From: Christensenellales bacterium
Lineage (GTDB): Bacteria > Bacillota > Clostridia > Christensenellales > CAG-138
Reading direction: 5' to 3'
DNA length: 64,000 nt
NCBI GenBank assembly: GCA_040767925.1
Contig: JAXGNN010000001.1
Location: 1,088,921-1,152,920, forward strand
A program made the translations under genes and the position numbers. Shown piece by piece: positions 45,904 to 54,281 of this stretch. The notes below the pieces were generated by a model. That model saw only the letters and a program-made list of their open reading frames with translations, was not told the origin of the DNA and did no database searches. How positions within the stretch are numbered: the stretch's first letter is position 1; every line of letters starts with the position of its first letter.

Positions 45904-46836
45904 TCATTCCGCGAACAGCGGCGAGGAAAGATACCGTTCGCCCGTGTCGGGCAGAATCACGACGATGGTCTTGCCCCTGTTCTCCGGTCGCCTGGCGAGC
46001 TCGATCGCCGCCCATGCCGCGGCGCCCGAGGAAATTCCCACGAGCACGCCTTCGGCCCTGCCGATCGCGCGGCTTGCGGCGAATGCGTCCTCGTTCGTGA
46101 CGGCGATGACCTCGTCATAGATATTCGTGTTGAGCACCTCGGGCACGAAGCCCGCGCCGATGCCCTGTATTTTGTGCGGACCCGCGACGCCCGCGGAGAG
46201 CACCGGGGACGCGGCGGGTTCCACCGCCACGATCCTGATCGCCGGGTTCATCGCCTTCAGGTATTCGCCCGCGCCCGTGATGGTGCCGCCCGTGCCGACG
46301 CCCGCGACGAAGATGTCGACCTTTCCCCCGGTATCCTCCCAGATCTCGGGGCCCGTGGTCCTGCGGTGCACCTCCGGGTTGGCGGGGTTCGTGAACTGGC
46401 CGGGGAGGAAGCTTCCCGGCGTTTCCCGCGCGAGCTCGTCGGCCTTGGCGATGGCGCCCTTCATGCCCTTCGCTCCCTCGGTGAGAACGAGCTCCGCGCC
46501 GTACGCCTTCATGATCTGGCGGCGCTCGACGGACATGGTCTCCGGCATGACGATGATGATCCTGTATCCCCGCGCCGCCGCGACCGACGCGAGGCCGATG
46601 CCCGTGTTGCCTGAGGTCGGCTCGATGATGACGGAGCCTTCCCGGAGAAGCCCTTTCTCCTCCGCGTCGTCGATCATCGCCTTGGCGATGCGGTCCTTGA
46701 CGCTGCCCGCCGGGTTGCAGTATTCGAGCTTGGCGATCAGTTTCGCCCCGAGCCTGTGCTGCCTCTGTGTGTTCGTCAACTCAAGCAGCGGGGTTTTCCC
46801 GATGAGCTGATCGGCGGATGTATAAACGTGCGCCAT
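45904..46836 (-). CDS. cysK: cysteine synthase A (O-acetylserine sulfhydrylase)
   Basis: 310 aa. [17 protein letters not shown]-lysine motif and GTGGTITG. Confidence 0.9.
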   Translation of the reverse strand: MAHVYTSADQLIGKTPLLELTNTQRQHRLGAKLIAKLEYCNPAGSVKDRIAKAMIDDAEEKGLLREGSVIIEPTSGNTGIGLASVAAARGYRIIIVMPETMSVERRQIMKAYGAELVLTEGAKGMKGAIAKADELARETPGSFLPGQFTNPANPEVHRRTTGPEIWEDTGGKVDIFVAGVGTGGTITGAGEYLKAMNPAIRIVAVEPAASPVLSAGVAGPHKIQGIGAGFVPEVLNTNIYDEVIAVTNEDAFAASRAIGRAEGVLVGISSGAAAWAAIELARRPENRGKTIVVILPDTGERYLSSPLFAE

Positions 46837-46895
46837 GATGCAATCTCCTTATCGATATTTTCTATTCTTCCATGTCCTTTTAGTCTGGTTACGTT

Positions 46896-46924
46896 ATTAT
46901 ATGCCAATTAACATATAAAATCAA
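46896..46924 (-). promoter_or_regulatory. promoter candidate for cysK
   Basis: The minus strand reads TTGATT (46924-46919), a 17-nt spacer, then TATAAT (46901-46896). Confidence 0.4.
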
Positions 46925-46938
46925 TATGTTTATATGTT
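46910..46938. promoter_or_regulatory. inverted repeat overlapping the cysK promoter, candidate Rrf2 (CymR-like) operator
   Basis: AACATATAAA - 9 nt - TTTATATGTT, a perfect 10-bp inverted repeat. It shares ATAAACATAT with the inverted repeat upstream of cysE (45507-45539). Confidence 0.4.
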
Positions 46939-47011
46939 TTATGTTCGGATTACCTTGAAGCCCCATAAGCCTTATGGTAAACTGTGTTTATCAAACGAGG
47001 CGGTGTGCACG

Positions 47012-47449
47012 ATGATCGTTTCCACGAAGGGAAGGTACGCCCTGAGCGTCATGATGGACCTCGCGGAGCGCGGCGCGGACGAAGGCGGATACGCGCTTCT
47101 GATGGACATCGCGGTGCGGCAGGGCATCTCGGAAAAATACCTCGAGGGCATCATGTCGGTTTTGAGCAAGAGCGGCCTCGTGCTCGCCCAGCGCGGTAGA
47201 GGCGGCGGCTATAAGCTCGCCAAAGCCCCTGCGGAGTACACGGTGGGCGGCATCCTGAAGCTGACGGAAGGCTCCCTCTCCCCCGTGTCCTGCACGGACG
47301 GCAAGGGCTCCGGTTGCTTCAAGGCGTCCGAATGCCGCATGTATCCCATGTGGGCGAAGCTCGAGCAAATGATCGGGGACTATTTCGAGGGAATCACCAT
47401 CGCAGATTTGATCAACGAGGGCGGCGGCGCGGACAATTATATGATTTGA
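47012..47449 (+). CDS. Rrf2 family transcriptional regulator (CymR/IscR-like)
   Basis: MIVSTKGRYALSVMMDLAERG... is the Rrf2 N-terminus, and Cys residues follow in ..SPVSCTDGKGSGCFKASECRM. The track ORF starts spuriously at 46934. Confidence 0.85.
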   Translation: MIVSTKGRYALSVMMDLAERGADEGGYALLMDIAVRQGISEKYLEGIMSVLSKSGLVLAQRGRGGGYKLAKAPAEYTVGGILKLTEGSLSPVSCTDGKGSGCFKASECRMYPMWAKLEQMIGDYFEGITIADLINEGGGADNYMI

Positions 47450-47481
47450 CTTACAGCTGCGGAAATTCGTCATGATACGGG

Positions 47482-47510
47482 TTGACAGCGCGGACGGCGG
47501 TGTTTATAAT
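47482..47510 (+). promoter_or_regulatory. consensus promoter of the metNIQ leader
   Basis: TTGACA 47482-47487, 17-nt spacer, TATAAT 47505-47510. Confidence 0.55.
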
Positions 47511-47558
47511 AGGCCGTAATTGATCGAACATGAGATTTGAAGAGAGGAGACGCGTCAT

Positions 47559-47681
47559 ATGGCAGGGATAAGGAGCACGAACGTCGGTTCCATGATGATG
47601 TGCATGGACATGTGCATGAGCATGAGCATGCGCATGTTCCCGCGCGCCCCGACATGGGACTCGTCTTGTTCTATCAGCTGA
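47559..47681 (+). promoter_or_regulatory. Met-codon-rich leader peptide ORF (40 codons), putative attenuator leader
   Basis: GAGGAG lies 9 nt upstream of the ATG. The ORF translates as MAGIRSTNVGSMMMCMDMCMSMSMRMFPRAPTWDSSCSIS with stop TGA at 47679-47681. It is absent from the ORF track because it is under 60 aa. Confidence 0.55.
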
Positions 47682-47708
47682 TATTCGCTCGAAAGAGCGC
47701 AATGATGC

Positions 47709-47749
47709 GGGCAGGAAACAACGCGGGTTTCCTGCCCTGATTTTATGTT
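47709..47749 (+). terminator. intrinsic terminator in the metN leader
   Basis: GGGCAGGAAAC (47709-47719) pairs perfectly with GTTTCCTGCCC (47727-47737), 7-nt loop, followed by TGATTTTATGTT. It ends 22 nt before the metN start. Confidence 0.7.
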
Positions 47750-47771
47750 CAGAGAAGACGGAGAAGCGAGC

Positions 47772-48764
47772 ATGATCGAGATTCGGCACCTGACAAAGAC
47801 CTTCCCCATGGCCACCGGGCCCATCACGGCGCTGTCGGACGTCAGCCTTACGATAGACGACGGGGAGGTTTTCGGCATCATCGGCCTTTCCGGCGCGGGC
47901 AAGAGCACGCTCGTGCGCTGCATCAACCTGCTCGAGCGGCCGACGGAGGGCGCCGTGCTGCTCGACGGGAACGACCTGACCAAACTTCCCAAGAAGGAGC
48001 TTCTTCGCGTGCGCCGCATGATCGGCATGATCTTCCAGGGCTTCAACCTGCTCGAGCAGCGGACCGCGCTGGGGAACGTGCTCTTTCCCCTCGAGATCGC
48101 GGGCATGCCGAAAAAGGAGGCGCGGGAGCGCGCGGAAAGCCTCCTCGCGCTCGTGGGGCTCTCCGAGCGGGCGAAGGCGTATCCCTCTCAGCTCTCCGGC
48201 GGGCAGAAGCAGCGCGTGGCCATCGCCCGCGCGCTGGCGACGAAGCCCAAATACCTTTTATGCGACGAGGCGACGAGCGCGCTCGACCCCAACACCACGC
48301 GCTCCATACTGGAATTGCTGCGCGAGATCAACAAAAGCCTCGGCGTGACGATCGTGGTCATCACGCACGAGATGAGCGTCATTGAGCGCATCTGCGACCG
48401 GGTCGCCGTCATCGACAACAGCCGCATCGCGGAAATCGGCCGCGTGAGCGACATATTCACCGACCCGCAGTCCGATATCGCAAAGGAGCTCGTGCTTCCC
48501 CGCGCGAAGGCCGTGGAGCGCATCGCGAGCGACGGCGCAAGGCTTCGGCTCGTGTTCAACGGGGAGGCCTCCACGCGGCCCGTCGTCTCGAACCTCGTGC
48601 TCGAATGCCGGGCGCACGTCAACATCCTCTTCGCCGACATGAAGGACATCGACGGCAGGAACTACGGCCACATGCTCCTGCAGCTTCCCGACGACCCGCG
48701 CCAGACCGAGCGCGTGACGGCGTGGCTTTCGGCAAACGGCGTATCTTTTTCAAGGGAGGCGTAA
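47772..48764 (+). CDS. metN: methionine ABC transporter ATP-binding protein
   Basis: MIEIRHLTKTF.., Walker A GLSGAGKST, LSGGQKQR, and a C-terminal NIL domain (..NILFADMKDIDGRNYGHMLLQL). RBS GGAGAAG. Confidence 0.9.
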   Translation: MIEIRHLTKTFPMATGPITALSDVSLTIDDGEVFGIIGLSGAGKSTLVRCINLLERPTEGAVLLDGNDLTKLPKKELLRVRRMIGMIFQGFNLLEQRTALGNVLFPLEIAGMPKKEARERAESLLALVGLSERAKAYPSQLSGGQKQRVAIARALATKPKYLLCDEATSALDPNTTRSILELLREINKSLGVTIVVITHEMSVIERICDRVAVIDNSRIAEIGRVSDIFTDPQSDIAKELVLPRAKAVERIASDGARLRLVFNGEASTRPVVSNLVLECRAHVNILFADMKDIDGRNYGHMLLQLPDDPRQTERVTAWLSANGVSFSREA

Positions 48765-48766
48765 CC

Positions 48767-49447
48767 ATGTTTTCGGATATGCTCCAAAAGCTCTGGGAGA
48801 GCGGCATCCTGCAGCTCGGGATCTGGGAGACGCTGTACATGACCTTCCTCTCGAGCGCGTTCGCCTACCTCATCGGCCTGCCCCTCGGCCTCGTGCTCTC
48901 CGTCACCGACAAGGGGGGCATACGGCCGATCCCCGCCCTCAACCGCGCGCTCGGCATCCTCGTGAACGCGTTTCGCAGCGTCCCCTTCATCATCCTGATG
49001 GTGGCGCTGCTCCCCGTCGCTAAGTTCGTGGTGGGCACGAGCCTCGGCAACAGGGCGATGATCGTCACCCTCGTCATCGCCGCCGCGCCCTACGTCGCAA
49101 GGATGGTGGAATCCTCCATCAAGGAGGTGGACGCCGGCGTCATCGAGGCCGCGCAGGCCATGGGCGCCTCCTCTTTGCGGATCGTATTCAGGGTGCTCAT
49201 CCCCGAGGCGAAGCCCGCGCTCGTCATCGGCGCCGTCATCTCGAGCGTGACGATCCTCGGCTATTCCGCCATGGCGGGCACCATCGGCGGCGGCGGCCTC
49301 GGCAAGATCGCCATCACCTACGGCTACCAGCGCTTCGAGGACGACATCATCTGGGTTTGCGTCGCGCTCACGATCCTCATCGTGCAGCTCATTCAGGAAT
49401 TCGGCATGCGCCTCGCGCACCGCATCGACAAGCGCGTGCGCCAGTAG
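48767..49447 (+). CDS. metI: methionine ABC transporter permease
   Basis: MFSDMLQKLWESGILQLGIWETLYMTF with a MetI-type pattern. The track ORF starts spuriously at 48605. Confidence 0.9.
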   Translation: MFSDMLQKLWESGILQLGIWETLYMTFLSSAFAYLIGLPLGLVLSVTDKGGIRPIPALNRALGILVNAFRSVPFIILMVALLPVAKFVVGTSLGNRAMIVTLVIAAAPYVARMVESSIKEVDAGVIEAAQAMGASSLRIVFRVLIPEAKPALVIGAVISSVTILGYSAMAGTIGGGGLGKIAITYGYQRFEDDIIWVCVALTILIVQLIQEFGMRLAHRIDKRVRQ

Positions 49448-49666
49448 CGTATACAAACTTCGCGTGCATCCGGGAGACCGGCCAGCATAGATTTTATCTC
49501 TTCAGGGAAAGGACGGCGCATCATGAAAATCAAGAGTCCGAACGGCGCGTTTTTGGTTTTCGCCTATCCCCGGCACATGCGAATGCCCGCGCGGGCGACC
49601 GCAATCGATCGACCGCATCCGGAGCCCGGGAATGACAAAACCAATCATTTTTAAAGGAGATAAACC

Positions 49667-50536
49667 ATGAAAAAGCTGTTCACCATCCTCGTTTCCGCCA
49701 TACTCATCCTGACGCTCGCGGCGTCTTTCGCGGGCTGCGGCACGGCCGGCAACGCCGGCGGCGCAACCCCCAAGGCGCAGGGAACGCCCGACGCGGAGCA
49801 CACCGTCACCGTGGGCGCGAGTTCCACGCCGCACGCGGAGATCCTCGAGCAGGTCAAGGACGCGCTCGCGGCCGAGGGCTACTCGCTCGTGATCGTCGTC
49901 TACGACGATTACGTGCTGCCCAACCAGGCGCTCGCGGACGGCACGCTCGACGCGAACTACTTCCAGCACGTCCCCTACCTCGACAGCTATAACGCCGCAA
50001 ACGGCACGGACCTCGTCCCCGCGGCCTCCGTCCATTACGAGCCCTTCGGCATCTACGGCAACGGCGTCGCGAGCCTCGCGGAGCTCCCGGCCGGCGCCAC
50101 CATCATCATCCCCGCCGACGACAGCAACGAGACGCGCGCGCTGCTCCTGCTCCGGCAGGAGGGCCTCATCGTTTTGCCCGAGGGCGCGAACGCGGCGGAC
50201 GGCGTGACCACGCTTGACATTGCGGACAGCAAAGGGTACAATATCGTCACCGTGCAGGCGGATACGGTCGCCGCGCAGCTCAACAACAGCGACGCGGGCA
50301 CCATCGCCGTCATCAACGGCAATTACGCGCTCGGCGCGGGGCTGAAGATCGCGGACGCGCTCGCCATCGAGGACGCCTCGGGCGACGCGGCCCAGACCTA
50401 CGCCAACATCATCGCGGTGCGCGCGGGCGGCGAAAACAGCGCAAAAATCCAGGCGCTCGTCGCGGCGCTGCAGACGGCCGCCGTCAGGGATTACATCAAT
50501 TCCGCATACAACGGCGCGGTCGTCCCCCTGTTCTGA
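49667..50536 (+). CDS. metQ: methionine-binding lipoprotein (NlpA/MetQ family)
   Basis: 289 aa. Lipobox SFAGCGT and a MetQ pattern (VGASSTPHAEIL.., NYFQH..YL). Confidence 0.9.
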   Translation: MKKLFTILVSAILILTLAASFAGCGTAGNAGGATPKAQGTPDAEHTVTVGASSTPHAEILEQVKDALAAEGYSLVIVVYDDYVLPNQALADGTLDANYFQHVPYLDSYNAANGTDLVPAASVHYEPFGIYGNGVASLAELPAGATIIIPADDSNETRALLLLRQEGLIVLPEGANAADGVTTLDIADSKGYNIVTVQADTVAAQLNNSDAGTIAVINGNYALGAGLKIADALAIEDASGDAAQTYANIIAVRAGGENSAKIQALVAALQTAAVRDYINSAYNGAVVPLF

Positions 50537-50560
50537 TCACCCCTTTTATTTGTTTGCCCC

Positions 50561-50700
50561 AAGCGAAGCCCGCGCAAAAGCGCGGGCTTCGCACATCACA
50601 AAGCCTCCGGCTTTCATCCGTTCCGGCGTACACGCCGCCGCAGCCGGAATGAAGTCAAGGGGCGCGGTTCCTTGACAATCCCCGGGGTCTGTAGCCTACT
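50561..50700 (-). repeat. structured intergenic repeat element, copy B (inverted relative to copy A)
   Basis: On the minus strand, module 1 (50643-50688) reads CCCCGGGGATTGTCAAGGAACCGCGCCCCTTGACTTCATTCCGGCT and module 2 (50601-50623) reads AACGGATGAAAGCCGGAGGCTTT. There is also a 13-bp hairpin GCGAAGCCCGCGC/GCGCGGGCTTCGC at 50565-50593. Confidence 0.55.
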
Positions 50701-50753
50701 CTCGCTCCCGTTGTGTTTTCCCAGAAGAAGTGCTATCATGCAGCGGTGAGGTC

Positions 50754-53033
50754 ATGGCAATGAGGCGTTATGCGATAAAAATCAGCGGCATCGTGCAGGG
50801 CGTGGGCTTCCGGCCCTTCCTGTTCAGAGAGGCCGCCAGGCTTTCCCTTCGCGGCTTCGCGCGCAACACGAGCTACGGCGTCTACGCCGAAGTCGAGGGC
50901 GAGGAGGCCGCGTGCGAGCGGTTCATCGAAGCCCTTCGCGAAAGCCCGCCCCCGCTCGCGCGCGTCACGGCAGTCGCGGCCGTCCCCATGGAATGGAAGG
51001 GGGACGCGGCTTTCGCCATCGTCGAGAGCGAACCCGGCGCGCACGCCGCGCTCGTCTCGCCCGACGTGGGGATCTGCGAGGCGTGCTGGCGTGAAATATT
51101 CGACCCCAAAGACCGGCGCTACCGCTATCCCTTCACCAACTGCACGGACTGCGGGCCGCGCTTCACCATCATAAACGACATCCCCTACGACCGCCAAAGC
51201 ACCTCCATGGCGCGTTTTACCCAGTGCCCGGAGTGTCAGGGCGAATACGACGATCCCCTGTGCCGTCGCTTCCACGCGCAGCCCAACGCCTGTTCCGCCT
51301 GCGGGCCGAGGCTCTCCTTCCTCATAAACGGAAAGGAGGCCGAAGGCGATCCGTTCGCGCTGTTCGAGGAATTCGTCCGCTCCGGCAAAACCGTGGCGGT
51401 CAAGGGCCTCGGCGGCTTCCACCTCGCCTGCGACGCGAAAAACGAGGAAGCGGTCGCCCGCCTTCGCCACAACAAGGCGCGCTACGAGAAGCCCCTCGCC
51501 GTCATGCTGCGCGATGTGGAAACCGTCCGCCTGCACTGCGAGCTGTCCTTCGAGGAGGAAGCGCTCCTGACGAGCCGCAGAAAGCCCATCGTGCTCCTAA
51601 AAAAGCGGCCGGACTGCGCCATCGCCCCCTCCGTCGCGCCGGGGAACGCGCGGCTCGGCGCCATGCTCCCCTATACGCCGCTGCACTGCCTTTTGATGGA
51701 AAATCGCGAGGCGCTCGTGATGACGAGCGGCAACGTTTCCGATCGCCCCATGCTTTTTCGCGACGGGGACGCAGTCGCGGGCTTATCGTCCCTCGCGGAC
51801 GCCATTTTGACGCACGACCGGGGGATCGTGCGGCGCGTGGACGACAGCGTGATGATTGTTTCCCAAGGCAGGCCGCGCTTCCTCCGCCGCGCGCGGGGGT
51901 ATGCGCCGGAGCCCGTGTCTATCAAAGGGTGCGGCCGCGCCATATTCGCCGCGGGCGCGCAGCAGAAGAACATTTTCTGCCTCGTCAAAGGGAACGACGC
52001 GTTTTTGAGCGGCCACATCGGAGACCTCGACGACCCGGAGACGGAGCGCAGCTACCGCGAGGAGGCCGCGTCCTACATGCGGCTGTTCGACGCTTCTCCC
52101 GAAATCGCGGCGTGCGACCTTCATCCGGATTACCTCGCGACGCGCTACGCCAAAAGCCTCGGCTTGCCCGTCGTTCCCGTGCAGCACCACAGGGCGCACT
52201 TCGCCTCCGTCCTCGCGGAGCACGGCGTTTCCGAAAGCGCCGTCGGATTCGTCTTCGACGGCGCGGGTCTCGGCGACGACGGGACGATCTGGGGCGGCGA
52301 GGCGTTTTATGGGAACATTCAAAAAAGCCGCCGCGCGGGGCACCTTCTGCCCTTCCCCCTCTTGGGCGGGGACGCCGCCGCGCGGGAGCCGTGGCGCCCT
52401 GCGCTCGCCCTCGCCGAGATCGCCCTCGGGCGGGAGGAGGCGCTCTCGCTCCATTCCCACAAAAGCGGCGCGGAAATCCTGCTGCGCGCGCGGGACGCGG
52501 GCATAAACGCGCCGGTTTCGACGAGCATGGGCCGGCTCTTCGACGCGGTAAGCTCCCTTGCGGGCGTGCGCGACGTTTCCTCCTACGAGGGGCAGGCCGC
52601 GGTGGAACTCGAGCAGACGGCGGACATGGGCTTTCCGGGAAGCTACCGGTTCGACATTTTTGAGGAAAGCGAAACGCTCGTCTTCGACTGGCGAAATCTC
52701 GTCCGCGCGGCCGTCTTTGACGCGAAAGCGGGCCTCGGCGCGGGCGCGATCTCCGCGAAGTTTCACAGGGCGTGCGCCGCGCTCGTCCGCGATGCGGCGC
52801 TGCTCCTTCGCGAAAGGACGGGGTGTTTCACAGTCGCCCTCTCGGGCGGATGCTTCATGAACGAAATCCTGTATCAGGAGAGCGGGAAACTGCTCGAGGC
52901 GGAGGGCTTTCGCGTCTATTCCAACGAGGCGGTGCCCGTCAACGACGGGGGCGTCGCCTACGGGCAGGCGGCGGTCGCCGCCGCAAACGATGGAGGGAAT
53001 TATGTGCCTTGCGATACCGGGAAGGATCGTTGA
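50754..53033 (+). CDS. hypF: [NiFe]-hydrogenase maturation carbamoyltransferase HypF
   Basis: Acylphosphatase N-terminus (ISGIVQGVGFRPF), two CxxC-pair zinc fingers, and YrdC and Kae1-like domains. RBS GGTGAGG precedes the ATG at 50754. Confidence 0.9.
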   Translation: MAMRRYAIKISGIVQGVGFRPFLFREAARLSLRGFARNTSYGVYAEVEGEEAACERFIEALRESPPPLARVTAVAAVPMEWKGDAAFAIVESEPGAHAALVSPDVGICEACWREIFDPKDRRYRYPFTNCTDCGPRFTIINDIPYDRQSTSMARFTQCPECQGEYDDPLCRRFHAQPNACSACGPRLSFLINGKEAEGDPFALFEEFVRSGKTVAVKGLGGFHLACDAKNEEAVARLRHNKARYEKPLAVMLRDVETVRLHCELSFEEEALLTSRRKPIVLLKKRPDCAIAPSVAPGNARLGAMLPYTPLHCLLMENREALVMTSGNVSDRPMLFRDGDAVAGLSSLADAILTHDRGIVRRVDDSVMIVSQGRPRFLRRARGYAPEPVSIKGCGRAIFAAGAQQKNIFCLVKGNDAFLSGHIGDLDDPETERSYREEAASYMRLFDASPEIAACDLHPDYLATRYAKSLGLPVVPVQHHRAHFASVLAEHGVSESAVGFVFDGAGLGDDGTIWGGEAFYGNIQKSRRAGHLLPFPLLGGDAAAREPWRPALALAEIALGREEALSLHSHKSGAEILLRARDAGINAPVSTSMGRLFDAVSSLAGVRDVSSYEGQAAVELEQTADMGFPGSYRFDIFEESETLVFDWRNLVRAAVFDAKAGLGAGAISAKFHRACAALVRDAALLLRERTGCFTVALSGGCFMNEILYQESGKLLEAEGFRVYSNEAVPVNDGGVAYGQAAVAAANDGGNYVPCDTGKDR

Positions 53034-53217
53034 AATCAAGGAGGGCGAGGCCGTAATCGACTACGGCGGCGTGACGCGCAAAGCTTCCCTCCGGCTCTGC
53101 CCGGAGGCGGAGGCGGGCGCCTCGGCGCTCGTGCACGCGGGCTTCGTCATCCAACTGCTCGACGAAGATTCAGCAAAGGAGCTCGCGGATGTTCTTCTGG
53201 AAACGGAGGGCCCGTGA
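53002..53217 (+). CDS. hypC: hydrogenase assembly chaperone HypC
   Basis: Must start with MCLAIPGRIVEI (essential Cys2). It overlaps the hypF 3' end by 32 nt. Confidence 0.9.
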   Translation: MCLAIPGRIVEIKEGEAVIDYGGVTRKASLRLCPEAEAGASALVHAGFVIQLLDEDSAKELADVLLETEGP

Positions 53218-54281
53218 TGGACTTCCGTTCGCTGCAAAGCGAAATCGAAAACGCCGCTCTCGGGCTGCCGCCCGTGACGCTGATGGAGGTGTGCGGCACG
53301 CACACGCACGCCGTACGGCGCCTCGGCATCCGCCAACTGCTGCCGGGGAACGTGCGGCTCATCTCCGGCCCCGGCTGCCCCGTGTGCGTGACGGATGAAA
53401 GCGACCTCGCCCGCGCGCTTTATCTCGCGAAGCGGAAGGACGTCGTGTTCTGCTGCTTCGGCGACATGCTGCGCGTGCCCGTGGGAGGCGAAAGCCTCCT
53501 TGCGCTTTCCACGGCGGGCGCGGACGTGCGCGCCTGCGTCTCCCCGATGGACGCGCTCCGGCATGCGCGGGAAACGTCCGAAAAAAGCGTCGTTTGGTTC
53601 GGCGTGGGGTTTGAGACGACTTCCCCGCATTCCGCGGCGCTCGTCGAGGCAGCCGCAGCCCAGGGGATCAAGAACCTCTCCATGCTTTCGGCGCACAAGA
53701 CCATGCCGCCGGCGCTGCGCGCGCTTCTGAGGGAGAATAACCGGGTGGACGGGCTCGTCTGCCCCGGCCACGTCGCCGCGGTCGCGGGCGCGGAAGCCTT
53801 CCGCTTCGTGCCGGAGGAGTTGCACCTCCCCGCCGCGGTGGCGGGGTTCGGCGCGGAAGAGATCCTCCTCGCCATCCTCGCGCTCGTCCGCATGGTGAGG
53901 GGAGGCAGGCCCGCGCTCGTCAACGCATACCCGCGCGCAGTGACGGCGCAGGGCAACGCGACGGCACAGGCGCTCGTCGAAAAGGCGTTCGAGCCCTGCG
54001 ACGCGCTCTGGCGCGGCCTTGGCAGGATCGAAAACAGCGGCCTTCGGCTGCGCGCGGAATACGGGGAGTTCGACGCGGCCAAGCGCTTTTCCATACCCGA
54101 CCTCCCCGTATCCGGGGCGCGGGCTTGTCGCTGCGCCGAGATCCTCCGCGGGCTCGTCGAGCCGTTCGACTGTCCGCTCTTCGGCGCCGTCTGCACGCCG
54201 GGGGAGCCCGTCGGCGCGTGCATGGTGTCGGCGGAAGGCGCATGCGCCGCATATTATAACTTCGGAGGCGAGAAGCCATGA
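53217..54281 (+). CDS. hypD: hydrogenase formation protein HypD
   Basis: MEVCGTHTH, GPGCPVCV and FETT motifs. The ATG overlaps the hypC stop (TGATG). Confidence 0.9.
   Translation: MDFRSLQSEIENAALGLPPVTLMEVCGTHTHAVRRLGIRQLLPGNVRLISGPGCPVCVTDESDLARALYLAKRKDVVFCCFGDMLRVPVGGESLLALSTAGADVRACVSPMDALRHARETSEKSVVWFGVGFETTSPHSAALVEAAAAQGIKNLSMLSAHKTMPPALRALLRENNRVDGLVCPGHVAAVAGAEAFRFVPEELHLPAAVAGFGAEEILLAILALVRMVRGGRPALVNAYPRAVTAQGNATAQALVEKAFEPCDALWRGLGRIENSGLRLRAEYGEFDAAKRFSIPDLPVSGARACRCAEILRGLVEPFDCPLFGAVCTPGEPVGACMVSAEGACAAYYNFGGEKP

Noticed and set aside
47500-47771. Expected SAM (S-box) riboswitch or Met T-box in the metN leader.
   Set aside because: I looked for the S-box core and for a T-box motif (AATGGGTGGTACCGCG-like) and specifier structure and could not find either by eye. 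This needs cmscan confirmation.
47451-47789. His-rich, Cys-rich and Ser-rich ORFs over the metN leader: 47537-47740 plus strand (HDDVHGHVHEHEHAHV), 47451-47789 minus strand (HAHAHAHVHAHHH) and 47470-47655 minus strand.
   Set aside because: - They are alternative-frame or antisense readings of the same (G)CATG-rich repeat that encodes the Met run.
- The plus-strand one starts at TTG without an RBS and reads through the terminator.
- Only the Met frame has an ATG with a well-spaced GAGGAG and a sense that fits the downstream operon.
- The His frame cannot be strictly excluded without data.
49448-49666. Unusually long 220-bp gap between metI and metQ, examined for a second regulatory element or small gene.
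   Set aside because: Only a short GC palindrome (GCCCGCGCGGGC) and a 43-codon ORF without a convincing RBS were seen. There is no clear terminator or promoter. It is left unassigned.
53002-53033. 32-nt gene overlaps (hypF/hypC, and the NuoB-like/NuoC-like genes at 61813-61844), considered as possible frameshift or fusion signals.
   Set aside because: Both downstream genes have their own RBS and canonical N-termini (MCLAIPG for HypC). Such overlaps are ordinary translational coupling.
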